64,000 nt of DNA from a virus (Duplodnaviria; Caudoviricetes), in IMG/VR virus record IMGVR_UViG_3300044719_000253, positions 96,001-160,000 of that record, one strand, 5' to 3'. The position numbers and the translations under genes are program-made. The notes below the pieces were generated by a model. It was not told the origin of the DNA, did no database searches, and was given only the letters and a program-made list of their open reading frames with translations. Positions within the stretch are counted from its first letter, which is position 1; each line of letters starts with the position of its first letter. This document shows positions 47,262-58,909 of the stretch, in pieces.

Positions 47262-48488
47262 ATGTCCTTACTTATTCGCAACGTCTTCGAGCAGCACTGT
47301 CCGGATGTTGTTGCCGATGCTTTTCTGGCGAAGAAGATCATCTCGTACGCTTTGGCCTGGGCCAGCAAAAATGACGAGCACGTCAAATTCTTCGGCGGTC
47401 ATTTGACCGGGGTACAGATCGTGCGTTTCACCGACGCCGACCGCCTGGTATGGTTCGATGAGATTTTGCATGCCGATGAACATACGCTACAAGAAGCGCT
47501 GTACAAACTGCCGACTGTGCACCGGGATCACCAAGTCGCATCCGACGCGATGAACCTGTCCTGTGTCTGGTTGACCCATTTGCTCATTAACGCCTCTATT
47601 CCCGAGCAATTGCGCCACGATGCAATGATCTCGGTAATGTTGGTGATGCAGTATAAGTTCCTTACCAGCCGCCTGTATCGTCACTTCGTCTATCCTGCCG
47701 ACAAAGCTGTGGCGGAAGCGACCTATGCATCGTTGTCGATGAAGTTCGACTTGAAACAAGAAGGGAGCTGGGGTGCGTATCTGCGTAAACGGGCTGAAGA
47801 CATTCTCGACCCGCACACCCCGCGCTTTCAGCAATTCAAAAAGATGGGCGATGATCGGGAGATCGAAAAGATCGTCAACGATATCCAAACCCGGCTGCGG
47901 AAAACCCTGAAATTGATCGCCGGTATTCACTACCAAATCAATGCCTCAGGGAAGCGTATCATTGCGGTATCGCAAACCGTGGAACATGACGGTAAAGAAA
48001 TCCTCAAGGACAAAACCAAATCCTTGGCGAACTACACCCGCTATATCCAATCGGTAATTCCCGATAAGACGAGCTTCTTGCGTGAAGAACTCCTAACAGT
48101 GGTGGAAGGGATGGTGCAAACCATGCCGCCGCATCTGTTCCGGGGGACACTGGAATGGTTGTCGGAAAACTTCCAAGGGCATGACGCCCATCGGCTGCAA
48201 GCGTTGGTCCAAGAAATCATGGTGCATTGCTTTGATTATCTGGCCCATAACACCGATTCGCTGAATAACCCGCATGATCTGCCCGGTTTGCTGGGACGCC
48301 TGCGTGGGGTGTACACCTCAGCCCGTTCGACCGATCCAGTCTTGATGACCATCCGGCACGATGTGGAAACGATGGTGCGTGAAGCGACGGGTACCCGCAA
48401 TATCAGTCTGTTGCCCCCGATCCGAACTGGCGTGTTGTTGTACATTGTGCTGCGTAGTCTGGCCAAACGGCATTACGCAAGCGCTTAA
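47262..48488 (+). CDS. conserved jumbo-phage protein
   Basis: ATG 47262 with AAGGA RBS; about 408 aa, helical. Confidence 0.75.
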   Translation: MSLLIRNVFEQHCPDVVADAFLAKKIISYALAWASKNDEHVKFFGGHLTGVQIVRFTDADRLVWFDEILHADEHTLQEALYKLPTVHRDHQVASDAMNLSCVWLTHLLINASIPEQLRHDAMISVMLVMQYKFLTSRLYRHFVYPADKAVAEATYASLSMKFDLKQEGSWGAYLRKRAEDILDPHTPRFQQFKKMGDDREIEKIVNDIQTRLRKTLKLIAGIHYQINASGKRIIAVSQTVEHDGKEILKDKTKSLANYTRYIQSVIPDKTSFLREELLTVVEGMVQTMPPHLFRGTLEWLSENFQGHDAHRLQALVQEIMVHCFDYLAHNTDSLNNPHDLPGLLGRLRGVYTSARSTDPVLMTIRHDVETMVREATGTRNISLLPPIRTGVLLYIVLRSLAKRHYASA

Positions 48489-48515
48489 GCATCATGTTAG
48501 GCGGGAGGAAACATC

Positions 48516-48926
48516 ATGAAACGTGCTTGGAGGTTAGTGGTCGGAACAGCGCTGCTAATCTTTGAGCGCTGGCGGGGCCCACGGTGGGTAACAGAAACCC
48601 AAGAACCCGACCAAGCCCTCGGGTGTCTTCGGGGGTTCACGGTGCGTGGGTATGAGATTGCGATTTACTGCCATCGTAAAACATACCGCATCCATTACAA
48701 ACATTGGTACATCCCCGATCGTTCCATTTTCACGTATAACGTATTTTCGGTGGTCAGTAACGATGCACCACTGGCGCTACGCAAAGCGTGTGAGTTGGAT
48801 GTGGAATTACCAGCGATGGTGGCCATCAGTAGTTTCAACCATGAAATTCGACAAGCCCAAGTGTTAGCCTATCTGGACTTGCTCGATCAGCGTTTGTCGC
48901 ATAACCCGCAACCGGCGTGGGCATAA
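48516..48926 (+). CDS. hypothetical protein
   Basis: GGAGG RBS; ends at a terminator hairpin. Confidence 0.65.
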   Translation: MKRAWRLVVGTALLIFERWRGPRWVTETQEPDQALGCLRGFTVRGYEIAIYCHRKTYRIHYKHWYIPDRSIFTYNVFSVVSNDAPLALRKACELDVELPAMVAISSFNHEIRQAQVLAYLDLLDQRLSHNPQPAWA

Positions 48927-48963
48927 CTCCCGTTACCCGTGAGGGTAACGGGAGCGTATGACG

Positions 48964-51165
48964 TCAACGGAAAAACGTATTGCCTTGGTACCCCATCATC
49001 TTGCGATAGAAATCGTGATCGTTAACAGCTTCTGCTTCGTAATTGATCGAAGCTGTCTGTACCCGTTTCTTCTTGCGCTCTTTGATGTCCGCCAACAGCT
49101 GGTCGATACTGGTAAGGTCACCCTGCTGGTACACCATACCCTGAGCCACCACCCGCATGTGGTGTTCCAGTTTGGAGGCCAGATACGGATCACCGGTCTC
49201 TTCCAGCTGACGGCTCAGATCATCGAGTTGAGCACGCAGCGCACGTTGTTGTTCCAGCGCGAGATGCTCTTCGTAAGTCATCTGTTTACCATCATCGATT
49301 TGGGTCATGACGTCTTGGATTCCGTAGTACGTGATGTGTTTACCATACGACAAGAACCAATGACACAGCAACCACGCCACCACCATGTCGTCATGCTTAC
49401 CGGCTTGGTGATCGACCCGACCGTTCTTTTGCACCAGACCCGCGATCTGGTTAATCAAGCGCTTGTCGTAGACTTTATCGGCGCTGCGCTTGGCGGCATT
49501 TTGCAGCGTGTTACCATACAGCTCACTGCGGGCAAAGCGGCCACTGGCGGCGGTGCAGAAACCGAACGCAGATTTGTTCAAGGTGTAAATACTGTCGTCA
49601 CGCCGTGAGACTGGTGTGCGCAGCATCTCGAACCGATCCGGATAATCATCCTTATCTTGCACGATCGTGTTGAACATCCGTTTGTACGGGTCTTCGCCAA
49701 ACGACGGCAAAATACTGAGGAGCATATCGCGCAGTGCTTCCCCGGTGGACTTGGTTTCTAACACCAAGGTCACGTTTTTGTTCTCAACTAGGTAGACTGC
49801 CAGCCAATGCCCAAACATCAGGATATTGGTTTCATTGATGGCGGCTGTTGCCACCACATCCAACGTTGCGGCATCCACCCAGACCAAGGCAATATCGTCA
49901 TTGTTGTTGGCCGACGATGGATCGACCCCAAGCACGAGTTTGGCATGACTCATGTAGTTGGCCAGATTCTTCTCATCCACGTTCCAGCGGATCATGTACT
50001 TCTGATGCGTGAATACCTGGTCATACACGTAGTCATTCGCCGAGGCCACAATCCGTTTGAGCAGTTGGGGTGAGAGCGGGTGTGATTCGGTACCCGAGGT
50101 CCAAACGTTGAAATAGTCACGGTCTGCCGCGTCGCCGAATGATTTCGATTCGCGGATCTTTTCCCACAACCACGCATCAGTAAAACCAAGTTGGCGGTGA
50201 CTCATGATGATCGCGATTTGGAAGTTACCGCCCGCGTTACGACGGACGAATTCTTCCAAGGCTTCCGCGTTGACCATATCGAACACATGTTCCGTCCACG
50301 GCATACTACCCAGGATATAGTTGTCGTAGATGAACTTACCTTCATCCGTATCCAGTTTACCGGCCGTCGTCGTGATGATGTTGCAGTACGGTGCTCCCGC
50401 GGCTTTGGCGCGATCGCGTACCGCGTTACCAGCCGACAGCATCGCAGGTAGCGAGATATGCACGTTACCGCAGAACGGACCTTCGTCGATATGGTTGATC
50501 GCCGAACCGAAACCACGACCGACGTTGTTCGCGTCTTTCTCGGACGAACGCGGCACGAAGGTCTTCATCTTGTTTTCCAAGAGGTTGACCGTGATCTCTT
50601 CCGTGTTATTCGCATCCGTGCGCTTGTTACGCAAATCGATGTAGTCCGGCAGAGTATCGAAGATCTTCTTGATGATGTCCACCGACTCTTTGCGCAGCTT
50701 TTCGTCTTTAGTCAACAAGTTGATCAGGGTACCTTCACACAGCACCGTGAGTAGATACACATCGAGTTCATACACCGTGTAGGATTTACCGGTCTGTCGC
50801 GGTTGGATCAGTGTCATCGTCACGTGGTTAAAGAAACACCACCACATCGCGATGTTACCACGATTGGCTTTCAGCGGAATCGGAGCTTGACCGGAACCTG
50901 CCGGGATGCGCGCCACTTCCCGGAAGTAATACCACGGATTGATCTTGCACTCAGCAACGATCATGTCCTTTTCTTCCTGCGTCAGATTCGGCGCATGCGG
51001 GTCGATGAACTCCAACAGCGGATTGATCAAGGCCAACAGAAACATGTGGTTCTTGATCCCCATGCTTTTGTAGAGCTTGGCCATATACACCCAGGATTCA
51101 TTCCGGGTACTGAGATGCGGAATGGCTGTGGGATACAGCAACCAATCGGATTCATAGAGGATCAT
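48964..51165 (-). CDS. terL: terminase large subunit (phiKZ gp25-like)
   Basis: Walker A QPRQTGKS, Walker B NHIDEGPF, TTAG coupling motif, nuclease LGVDPS...DD and HDDMVVAW. Confidence 0.93.
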   Translation of the reverse strand: MILYESDWLLYPTAIPHLSTRNESWVYMAKLYKSMGIKNHMFLLALINPLLEFIDPHAPNLTQEEKDMIVAECKINPWYYFREVARIPAGSGQAPIPLKANRGNIAMWWCFFNHVTMTLIQPRQTGKSYTVYELDVYLLTVLCEGTLINLLTKDEKLRKESVDIIKKIFDTLPDYIDLRNKRTDANNTEEITVNLLENKMKTFVPRSSEKDANNVGRGFGSAINHIDEGPFCGNVHISLPAMLSAGNAVRDRAKAAGAPYCNIITTTAGKLDTDEGKFIYDNYILGSMPWTEHVFDMVNAEALEEFVRRNAGGNFQIAIIMSHRQLGFTDAWLWEKIRESKSFGDAADRDYFNVWTSGTESHPLSPQLLKRIVASANDYVYDQVFTHQKYMIRWNVDEKNLANYMSHAKLVLGVDPSSANNNDDIALVWVDAATLDVVATAAINETNILMFGHWLAVYLVENKNVTLVLETKSTGEALRDMLLSILPSFGEDPYKRMFNTIVQDKDDYPDRFEMLRTPVSRRDDSIYTLNKSAFGFCTAASGRFARSELYGNTLQNAAKRSADKVYDKRLINQIAGLVQKNGRVDHQAGKHDDMVVAWLLCHWFLSYGKHITYYGIQDVMTQIDDGKQMTYEEHLALEQQRALRAQLDDLSRQLEETGDPYLASKLEHHMRVVAQGMVYQQGDLTSIDQLLADIKERKKKRVQTASINYEAEAVNDHDFYRKMMGYQGNTFFR

Positions 51166-51244
51166 ACTCCACCTCTTTCAGCATAGGTCAAAGGAAAACC
51201 TCTCCGCCACCTCGCGGCGGCAGAGAGGGAGACAATCGAGAGGA

Positions 51245-52930
51245 TTACTGCTGCCAGCAGGGGATACCCGCAATCGACAACTGCAAATCGGTGTCCACGG
51301 TACGGATGAAGAACTTGATGTACACCGTCTCGTTGTTCTGGATCAGATGGCTCAGAGTCAAGACCTTGTTCCACTGACTCATCGGGTACGCCACTTCCCA
51401 ACTCGTGGTCTTGATTGCGAAATGGGTTGGTACCGGCGGGCCGACTTCTTGGCCTTGGTCGGTGAGCGGGTAGGTCAGGTTGTACATCCGCGCCAACCAA
51501 GCGTTTACGTCGGTTTCACCACAGGTGATGTCCAACGTAACTTGATTCTGATCGATGATATTCAACTTGGCAAAGTTGTTTTCCCCGAACAGAATATCTT
51601 GGTTCAGTGCGAAACCAACCGCCCAGTTGGTGGTGCGAGCAGTGCCCGGTTGCCGCAACACGATATCGATGGTTTGCACGTGGATCAGCGCCAGGCCAGA
51701 TGGATTGACATCCTTCAGGTTGAGCGACACCCCGAGCGTTTGTTTGATACCATAACCAAGCGGATCGAACGGACGCGAGTTGGCATTGATCGTGACGTAC
51801 GGCGTAACCAATTGGCACATGCGCCGTTCCATGTCGTACAGCCACCATTCGAGACGGTAGCCCAGCACCGAGTTTTGCCAGACCGGGTAACCATACAACT
51901 TGGGCGAGTACATGCCTTCGTAGTTGGTGGTGATCCCGGTGTATTCACGTGTGATCGACCCGGCCACGCTGGTTTGCACCCCGAGTACCACTTCACCCGG
52001 CGCCAACTTGTAGTCGAGCACCAGATCGAACTGTTGCCCGGCGTAGGTCGAGACGAAGTTGTCCAAGCCGCGCAGCGAGAACTTGGTGTTGTTAACCGGA
52101 TAGCGCTGTTTGCTGCCATCGCTGTACGATACCACCCCGATCAACGACAGACCATTCATGGTGATATTCACCGGGAAGGCCAGCACATTCGGGTCAGCCA
52201 GGGAGATGAACGGCGACTCCAGGCTGATGTTGGTGATGTATTTCACCGAGCTGTTGGCGGTCGGGACAAACTGGGTGTTTTCCACTAACACTTCGACTTT
52301 CGAGACTTGGTGGCCCGAGTCCGAATACACGATCACCGCGAGCTTGGTGTTGTCTTGCAGGTCTTCCGTGGTGTAGCAGGTCGGGAAGGCCTTGATGCTG
52401 CGGTTATTACCATCGACCGCGGCCAGCACCATCGGCACACTGGTGCCGATCAGTTCATTGGTCGGGCTGTAGACTTGGCTGATCGCTTTGGCTTGCCCCA
52501 CCACATCGGTGCCGAGGAAGATCGTGAAGGTTTCCGCTTCCTCGGTGTAGCAATGCAAGCGCGCATCCAGGGTGATCGTGTGCGGCATCACATTCTTGTT
52601 GACGTACGCACGGAACGTATCCGAGATACCACCCGGACCCACCCCGAGAATCACGTCGATATTATCCAGTCGCTGGTTTTGCGCCAGCGGCGTGATCACT
52701 TTCAGACGCGGTACCAGTGTTGTCACATCGATCTCGGTAACTTGGTAGAACACCGAGGTATCCGTATCGACCACCCAGTCATCTACTTTCGGCACGTAAC
52801 GATTGGCCCCTTGGCCACCCGTATAAATTTCTTTCAATGCCCAGATGGTCCAGCGACCAGCCGGGTCATACACCGGCACCACATTGTCGGTACCCGAAAT
52901 ACCGACGGTGCTCAAAACAGTATCTGTCAT
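51245..52930 (-). CDS. virion structural protein (phiKZ gp26-like, tail/baseplate)
   Basis: 561 aa, beta-rich, in the terminase-sheath block. Confidence 0.7.
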   Translation of the reverse strand: MTDTVLSTVGISGTDNVVPVYDPAGRWTIWALKEIYTGGQGANRYVPKVDDWVVDTDTSVFYQVTEIDVTTLVPRLKVITPLAQNQRLDNIDVILGVGPGGISDTFRAYVNKNVMPHTITLDARLHCYTEEAETFTIFLGTDVVGQAKAISQVYSPTNELIGTSVPMVLAAVDGNNRSIKAFPTCYTTEDLQDNTKLAVIVYSDSGHQVSKVEVLVENTQFVPTANSSVKYITNISLESPFISLADPNVLAFPVNITMNGLSLIGVVSYSDGSKQRYPVNNTKFSLRGLDNFVSTYAGQQFDLVLDYKLAPGEVVLGVQTSVAGSITREYTGITTNYEGMYSPKLYGYPVWQNSVLGYRLEWWLYDMERRMCQLVTPYVTINANSRPFDPLGYGIKQTLGVSLNLKDVNPSGLALIHVQTIDIVLRQPGTARTTNWAVGFALNQDILFGENNFAKLNIIDQNQVTLDITCGETDVNAWLARMYNLTYPLTDQGQEVGPPVPTHFAIKTTSWEVAYPMSQWNKVLTLSHLIQNNETVYIKFFIRTVDTDLQLSIAGIPCWQQ

Positions 52931-52940
52931 GGTTGCTCCA

Positions 52941-55508
52941 TTACGCGGTCACGGTCACGAATTCGGACAGCGAGACAGCATTATTTAAGTAAAGCGACAC
53001 GGCGCGCGCCAAGAAGCGGTATTCAAACAAACCGAGATGAGTTACGGTGTCTTTGTAATACGCTTGTACCATCACGTAGTTATCATCCACCTTGTGCGGA
53101 TCGCGCGTCGGCTCAAAGGGCAACAACGATTCGTAATAGCTGCACATCGAGCGCACATCGTCATCGTTGTAGTGGCTGTACATGCGGCTGTCTACAAACA
53201 CCTTGCTGGCCAGATCGTCGATCAAGGCCGAAACGAACGGGCTGTACACTGGATAGCGCTCGGTGATCGGGCTCGGTTCGGTGTAACTCGGCTGCGGTAG
53301 ATGTGCGGTCAGATAATCGGAGACCCGTTGATCGGTTACCAACGCTTGGGCACGCAAGTCATACGTTTTCGCATTGGTGGTACCGCGCATCGGTACCACG
53401 ATGTCGCGGATCACGTACGGTGAGCCATTCGGTACGCCCTCGACATTGATCCCGCTGTGATCTTCCGCGAAGGTCAGTTCGGTACGATCGAACACCCCGC
53501 CGCCAACAGCGATATGCAATACCTTGTCATTGCGCAAATCATAGCGCTGGTTATTCGACAGTACGCCATGACTGACAAAGCCACGATCTCCCAGCACCGC
53601 GCGGCTCAAGTCCGTATTGCAATGACCGCAGAAACGTACGGTAATGGCCTGGTTGGCCAAGTCCGGCTGGATGTATTTCTTGTTGATGATAACGACTTTG
53701 GGGAATTGCACCAAGTAATCGACCCCTTCCACCAACGCCTTGCCATTCAACCACAAATCCAGTTCCCCCATCTGAACTTGCATGATGGTATTTTGGAAAC
53801 CGTTACCGCGGTCTTGGTCCGAGGTCAAGGTGAATTGCAGCACCCCGCTTTGGATCGGTACGTTGAGGTTGTAACACAGGAAATCCAAGTTACTGCGCAC
53901 CATGGTGTACGTAGTGGTCGGATTTGTGAGCCAAGTCAGGTTGCCATTGGCATTCACGTACGCGCCACTGTCAGTCACATCGCGCCACAGGTTATCCGGC
54001 AACCCATTGACGATCGTGCAATTGTACATGCGGTAATCCAAATTGGCATCGAGCACCCCGGTGGCTTGGCCATACTTCTCATCCAACTGACGCCGCCCAT
54101 ACCCCGAGATGATCTGTACCAGTGATGTGGTCGGATTCCGCGTGGTCCACAATGCCCCGAGCGAATGTTGGTACCACCCCAGCAAATTACCGCGGAAATC
54201 GAATTCGAACACCGTCGAGCGATATTGCAGATTCGGTGGAATATTCACGATTCCCATGCCCGAGATATTCTTGACAAACTGCGGGGTCGGGGCTAACAGC
54301 TGCGACATCGAATTATACCCCAGCGCAGTCTGCACTAAACTGGCTGTGATGTCACGCGTGCTGGCACCCATGATCTTGGTGTAAGCAGAGGCTTCCAGAT
54401 TCGCTGCTTGCCACTCGGGCACCGTCGCATCCAACCCGATCATGGCCTTGACGATCAAATCATCCGGCAGTGAATACAAATCCTTGATGCGGTTGGCCTC
54501 ATTGAGCAATGGGCGGCTGTATCCGGATTTACGCAGATGCAGGCGCAATGTCAAGCTATTGATATCATCCCAGTCCGGGCGGGTGGCCAGATACGATTCC
54601 AGATACGGTACCGTGACGGCATAATCCGCATGGGTCACTTGCCGCACCGCATCCACTTGGTTGCGGTGGAAGTACAAGCCTTTGAACTGGTTATTCGCAT
54701 TGGCTTGAAACACGAACACATCGACGTCATCTTGGTACGTGATCGTGGTCTTAAGCGACTGCGTCGGGTGCACCAGGTACTTGCGTTTGAGGTCGAGTGT
54801 GCTGTCAAACACGCTCAAGCTGCCGACCAAGATATCTTCAACCGCGTAAATCGAGCCATCGTACACGTATTCCACTACGTCATCCGGCGCCACCGTGAGC
54901 AAGTCGATACTGTTGACCAGATAACCATTCACGAAGGCATACACATGACCGTGTTGTTTGGCCGTCAAGTAACTGTTTTGCAGCGCCAGGATGTCATCGG
55001 TGTTTTGCATGACACCGCCGCGCACCAAAATAAAGTCGGTGGTCAAATCGCGCCGTACCGATCCGAAGTAGGCGTTGTGATACACACGCAGGTACAGATC
55101 TTCGGTATTATAGTTGATCTCGACTTTGTCGTTTTGCTGAACCGCGAGCACCAAGTCATTGTCTTCGCTGACCATGTACCAGGCCAAGATCCGGGGTGAC
55201 TGGCGACCATTGGCAGTGTACAGATCGACAATGGTTTCTTCCGCCTCACACACTTGCGGTAAGTGCATCCACAGACCCCGTTTAGCCGGGATACTCAAGC
55301 CGAGTTGCTTCGGCGAGATCCCACCGATCTGATAGCAGTGAAACAACACCCCCGCCACCGGCAGCGTGTATTGACGCCACATCACATCGACCTTGGTATA
55401 CACCCCACCATAGCGCGTGATCTTCGCGAGTTTGATGGTGGATTGTTGGTCTTGCGCGGGCGTGCACCAGATGTCTTGGATGGCTTGCTTAATTAAATAG
55501 TCAGCCAT
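52941..55508 (-). CDS. virion structural protein (phiKZ gp27-like)
   Basis: 855 aa; position in the gp25-gp30 block. Confidence 0.7.
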   Translation of the reverse strand: MADYLIKQAIQDIWCTPAQDQQSTIKLAKITRYGGVYTKVDVMWRQYTLPVAGVLFHCYQIGGISPKQLGLSIPAKRGLWMHLPQVCEAEETIVDLYTANGRQSPRILAWYMVSEDNDLVLAVQQNDKVEINYNTEDLYLRVYHNAYFGSVRRDLTTDFILVRGGVMQNTDDILALQNSYLTAKQHGHVYAFVNGYLVNSIDLLTVAPDDVVEYVYDGSIYAVEDILVGSLSVFDSTLDLKRKYLVHPTQSLKTTITYQDDVDVFVFQANANNQFKGLYFHRNQVDAVRQVTHADYAVTVPYLESYLATRPDWDDINSLTLRLHLRKSGYSRPLLNEANRIKDLYSLPDDLIVKAMIGLDATVPEWQAANLEASAYTKIMGASTRDITASLVQTALGYNSMSQLLAPTPQFVKNISGMGIVNIPPNLQYRSTVFEFDFRGNLLGWYQHSLGALWTTRNPTTSLVQIISGYGRRQLDEKYGQATGVLDANLDYRMYNCTIVNGLPDNLWRDVTDSGAYVNANGNLTWLTNPTTTYTMVRSNLDFLCYNLNVPIQSGVLQFTLTSDQDRGNGFQNTIMQVQMGELDLWLNGKALVEGVDYLVQFPKVVIINKKYIQPDLANQAITVRFCGHCNTDLSRAVLGDRGFVSHGVLSNNQRYDLRNDKVLHIAVGGGVFDRTELTFAEDHSGINVEGVPNGSPYVIRDIVVPMRGTTNAKTYDLRAQALVTDQRVSDYLTAHLPQPSYTEPSPITERYPVYSPFVSALIDDLASKVFVDSRMYSHYNDDDVRSMCSYYESLLPFEPTRDPHKVDDNYVMVQAYYKDTVTHLGLFEYRFLARAVSLYLNNAVSLSEFVTVTA

Positions 55509-55586
55509 GATTGTCCTTCAAAGAAAAAACACATAGACACACCACCATCCAGACCGTTTTCACGATCCAGATGGTGGGAGGCGGTA

Positions 55587-56558
55587 TTACAGACCGGCGG
55601 GCACTTCACGCGCGACCTTCTCGGCCGTTTCAGGCATGCTTGATTTCAGCAGACTCGCCAGGCGTTCCAGACCGTCTTTATACTGGTGACGCTCCACGAT
55701 GCGTGACAACCCGACTTTCTTCAGCGCCAGATTGGTGGCCGCTTCATGTACCAGCGAGATCCAGGTCGGCGGATGCTCCATCGCCACCGCGGTCAGTTCG
55801 ATTGCGTTGTCGCCGGCCCAGGTGCCGCCCATCAGGGTGATCAACACACCGTGGTTGAGGTTCTCCAACCGTACGTTGTTGAGAACCAACTTGAGCTTAT
55901 TGCAGAAGTCTTCGATCGAACCGATGACTTGGGTTTGGTTATAAATGCGCATCACGTCGGTGACCGACACCTTGAGCGCATTGGCAATTCCAGCCACGTA
56001 ACGGGCTTCGTTACCCTTGTCGAATTCGATTCCTTCGACATGATTGGATTGATAAAAGATGCCCGCGACGATCATCGTTTCGATCTTGGCCTTGGGGTCG
56101 AGCGCGTACTTGAACCCGATCGCTTCACCGAGCCAAGCCGCGAAGATACTCAGCGCGGTCGGGGTGATCGAGCGGAATGCCGTGGCGCCATTGGTGAGCC
56201 AGAGCGAAGTCAAGCCTGCGCGGTACATCAAGTTCTTATACAGGGTCGAGTTGGTCACCTTGAAGCGATTGGTGACCGCGTCGAAGCGACCCGCGGCACG
56301 CACATCCATCGCCAGAAACGGTTCGAGCTTGAGCTCGTTAGAGTGGCGCAGCGACGCCACGTCGTGCTTGGTGATGAGCAGCGGATGCTTGAAGGCTTTG
56401 ACCTGGCCGCTTGCGCCAGTCGACATGTCCACATACGCCACGCCATCGGCACAGGCGAGATAATCGCGCAGTCGGGCTTCATGGATCGCGCTGACGATCG
56501 GTTGCACAACGAAATTCGCACAAGCCGTGGTTTGATAGGCTGTGTTGTAGATGGTCAT
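55587..56558 (-). CDS. conserved protein (phiKZ gp28-like)
   Basis: 323 aa, divergent from the tail sheath gene. Confidence 0.7.
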   Translation of the reverse strand: MTIYNTAYQTTACANFVVQPIVSAIHEARLRDYLACADGVAYVDMSTGASGQVKAFKHPLLITKHDVASLRHSNELKLEPFLAMDVRAAGRFDAVTNRFKVTNSTLYKNLMYRAGLTSLWLTNGATAFRSITPTALSIFAAWLGEAIGFKYALDPKAKIETMIVAGIFYQSNHVEGIEFDKGNEARYVAGIANALKVSVTDVMRIYNQTQVIGSIEDFCNKLKLVLNNVRLENLNHGVLITLMGGTWAGDNAIELTAVAMEHPPTWISLVHEAATNLALKKVGLSRIVERHQYKDGLERLASLLKSSMPETAEKVAREVPAGL

Positions 56559-56755
56559 TTTGACTGATCCTTATTACAGCGGGGCGACATCGTATGTTGA
56601 ACCAACGTCGAGTCCGCTCAGGTTGTTTTAACAACACTGGAGCCTTTGCACTCATTACTCCAGTATTTTTTTACGATTCTATGATGCTGGGCATCGACTT
56701 CGAAACAATATACCGAAACCATACCATTCATTATTAGCGACAGGAACCTGACATA

Positions 56756-58843
56756 ATGAACATCATCAATGCAACACCGATGTCGTATAACAACGGCATT
56801 CACGATGTGTCTGGTCGGAAGCTGGCTCCTCAATCTCTCGACCAGCCATCCCACCTGCCGAAATCGTTTATCTTTGCTCGCAAGGGTAAACCGGGCAAAA
56901 GTTACCTCGTGGTCGGTGACAGCCGTCCGGCGATTTTCGGCGCAGAAACATTCGACGAACTGAGCAAGTATTTCAACCACGCCACCGCTTTCAACAACGC
57001 GTTCAACAAGGCCGGTAACGCCTCGATGGTCGAACGTGTTCTGCCGCAAGACGCCACTGCACCGGCCGCTTTCCGCCTGTCGCTGGACCTGCTCGCTACC
57101 CAAGTGCAGGACTATGTGCGCAATGCTGACGGTACCTACCAGATCGATTCCCAAGGCAACAAAGTCCCGACCAACAGCAAGGTCGCGGGTTACCTGGGCA
57201 AGTGGGTGGTCGAGCCGATCAGCGAGATCAATGGCGTGCGCGACTTCGGTAACGGCACGGTCACCGTGGGTGACCAGGTCGACAGCGGTAACGCCACCCA
57301 ATCGAGCCGCTATCCGTTCTTCGACTTCATGGTCAGCTCGGAAGGCGAATGGGGTAATGACAAAGGCATCGCGCTGTGGGCCCTGACCCAACTGACGAAT
57401 GTCCAGATCGACAGCCGTCTGATCACCGATCAGAAAGCTTACCCGTTCCAACTGGCGGTGATGTCGCGTCCCGACGCCCTGACCACGCCGACCGCCGTGT
57501 CGACGCTGTCGGGTTCGACCTCGATCACGTTCTCGCTGAAACCGGGCCTGCGCGATCGTAACACCTCGGCACAGCTGTACCTGGGTGACATCTTCGTCCG
57601 CAACTGGCAAGACGTCTCGACCCCGGGCATGTCGCCGACCATCGGCGACTTCGACCAGATCAAAGTGTACGATGCCAACATCGCCACCGTACTCGGCAAG
57701 ATCTACACGGCTGAACTGCCGGCGATCGATCAATTCTCCGACATCCTCGGTGAAGATGACGAGATCTACCGCATCAACCCGTTCACCGCCGTGTCGTCCT
57801 ATGGTGCGCCGTACCACACCTTCCAACTGGTAACCGGTTCGGCCAACTCGGTGCGTCTGGCCCAATCGACCACGCTGTTCGCCCAAGGCGGAAGCGACGG
57901 TACGATGAATAACACCACATTCGCAGCCCTGGTGAAAGCCAAGATGCTGGAATACGGTGACCGCAACAGCCAGCGTCAAGACGCGGTCAACAACCCGGAA
58001 AACATGTTCTGGGATTCCGGCTTCCCGCTCGACACGAAGAAAGCGCTGGCCAACTTCATCGCGACGCGCAAGGACACCTATGTGATGGTCTCGACCCACC
58101 AGGTCGGCGGTCCGGATCTCTCGGATGACCAAGAACGTTCGGTGGCGATCACGCTGCTGTCGACGCTGCAAAACTTCCCGGAATCGGCTACGTACGCTAC
58201 CCCGACGGTGCGTGCTTCGATCATCGGTGGTTCCGGTCATCTGCTCAACAGCAACTATACCGACACCATCCCGGCCTCGATCGACCGCGCGTATGCCTGG
58301 TCGCTCTACATGGGAGCCTCGAACGGCAAGTGGGTGTCGAAGTACAAGCCGGACGTCAGCCCGAACAACCAAGTCACGCTGCTGCGCGATCTGAACGTCA
58401 CGTTCCGTCCCGCCAATGCACGCTACAAGGACTGGGATGCTGGCATGGTGTGGCCGGAGCCGTACTCGATGGACATGATGTACTTCCCGCAGTTCCAAAC
58501 CGTGTACCCGGACGACACCTCGGTGCTCAACTCGGCTATCACCGCGTTTGCCTGCGCGCAGCTCACGTCGATCGGCGAAAAGGTCCACCGCGACTTCACG
58601 GGTCGTAGCGATCTGACCAAGGAACAACTGGTCGAGCGTATCAACGCAGCTTACATGGCAGCGGTGAAAGACAAGTTCGACAATCGCTTTACGATCATCG
58701 TGGACACTACGTTCACGGCGGACGACGATCTGCGTGGCTACAGCTGGACCACCACGGTCAAGCTCGGCGCTTCGCCGATGCGCAGCGTCCAGTCGCTGAC
58801 GATCGAATCGTACCGCGCCGAAGACCTGGCCAACGCCGCCTAA
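56756..58843 (+). CDS. tail sheath protein (phiKZ gp29-like)
   Basis: 695 aa. GGSDG, FWDSGFPLDTK and YFPQFQTVYPDDTSVL with a sheath-type C-terminus; highly biased codons; followed by the tube gene. Confidence 0.88.
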   Translation: MNIINATPMSYNNGIHDVSGRKLAPQSLDQPSHLPKSFIFARKGKPGKSYLVVGDSRPAIFGAETFDELSKYFNHATAFNNAFNKAGNASMVERVLPQDATAPAAFRLSLDLLATQVQDYVRNADGTYQIDSQGNKVPTNSKVAGYLGKWVVEPISEINGVRDFGNGTVTVGDQVDSGNATQSSRYPFFDFMVSSEGEWGNDKGIALWALTQLTNVQIDSRLITDQKAYPFQLAVMSRPDALTTPTAVSTLSGSTSITFSLKPGLRDRNTSAQLYLGDIFVRNWQDVSTPGMSPTIGDFDQIKVYDANIATVLGKIYTAELPAIDQFSDILGEDDEIYRINPFTAVSSYGAPYHTFQLVTGSANSVRLAQSTTLFAQGGSDGTMNNTTFAALVKAKMLEYGDRNSQRQDAVNNPENMFWDSGFPLDTKKALANFIATRKDTYVMVSTHQVGGPDLSDDQERSVAITLLSTLQNFPESATYATPTVRASIIGGSGHLLNSNYTDTIPASIDRAYAWSLYMGASNGKWVSKYKPDVSPNNQVTLLRDLNVTFRPANARYKDWDAGMVWPEPYSMDMMYFPQFQTVYPDDTSVLNSAITAFACAQLTSIGEKVHRDFTGRSDLTKEQLVERINAAYMAAVKDKFDNRFTIIVDTTFTADDDLRGYSWTTTVKLGASPMRSVQSLTIESYRAEDLANAA

Positions 58844-58909
58844 GCTTTCCTGCATTGACCTCGGTAGCGTAGCTCACTCCTACGCTACTTCACTTAAAAG
58901 GGTATTTAC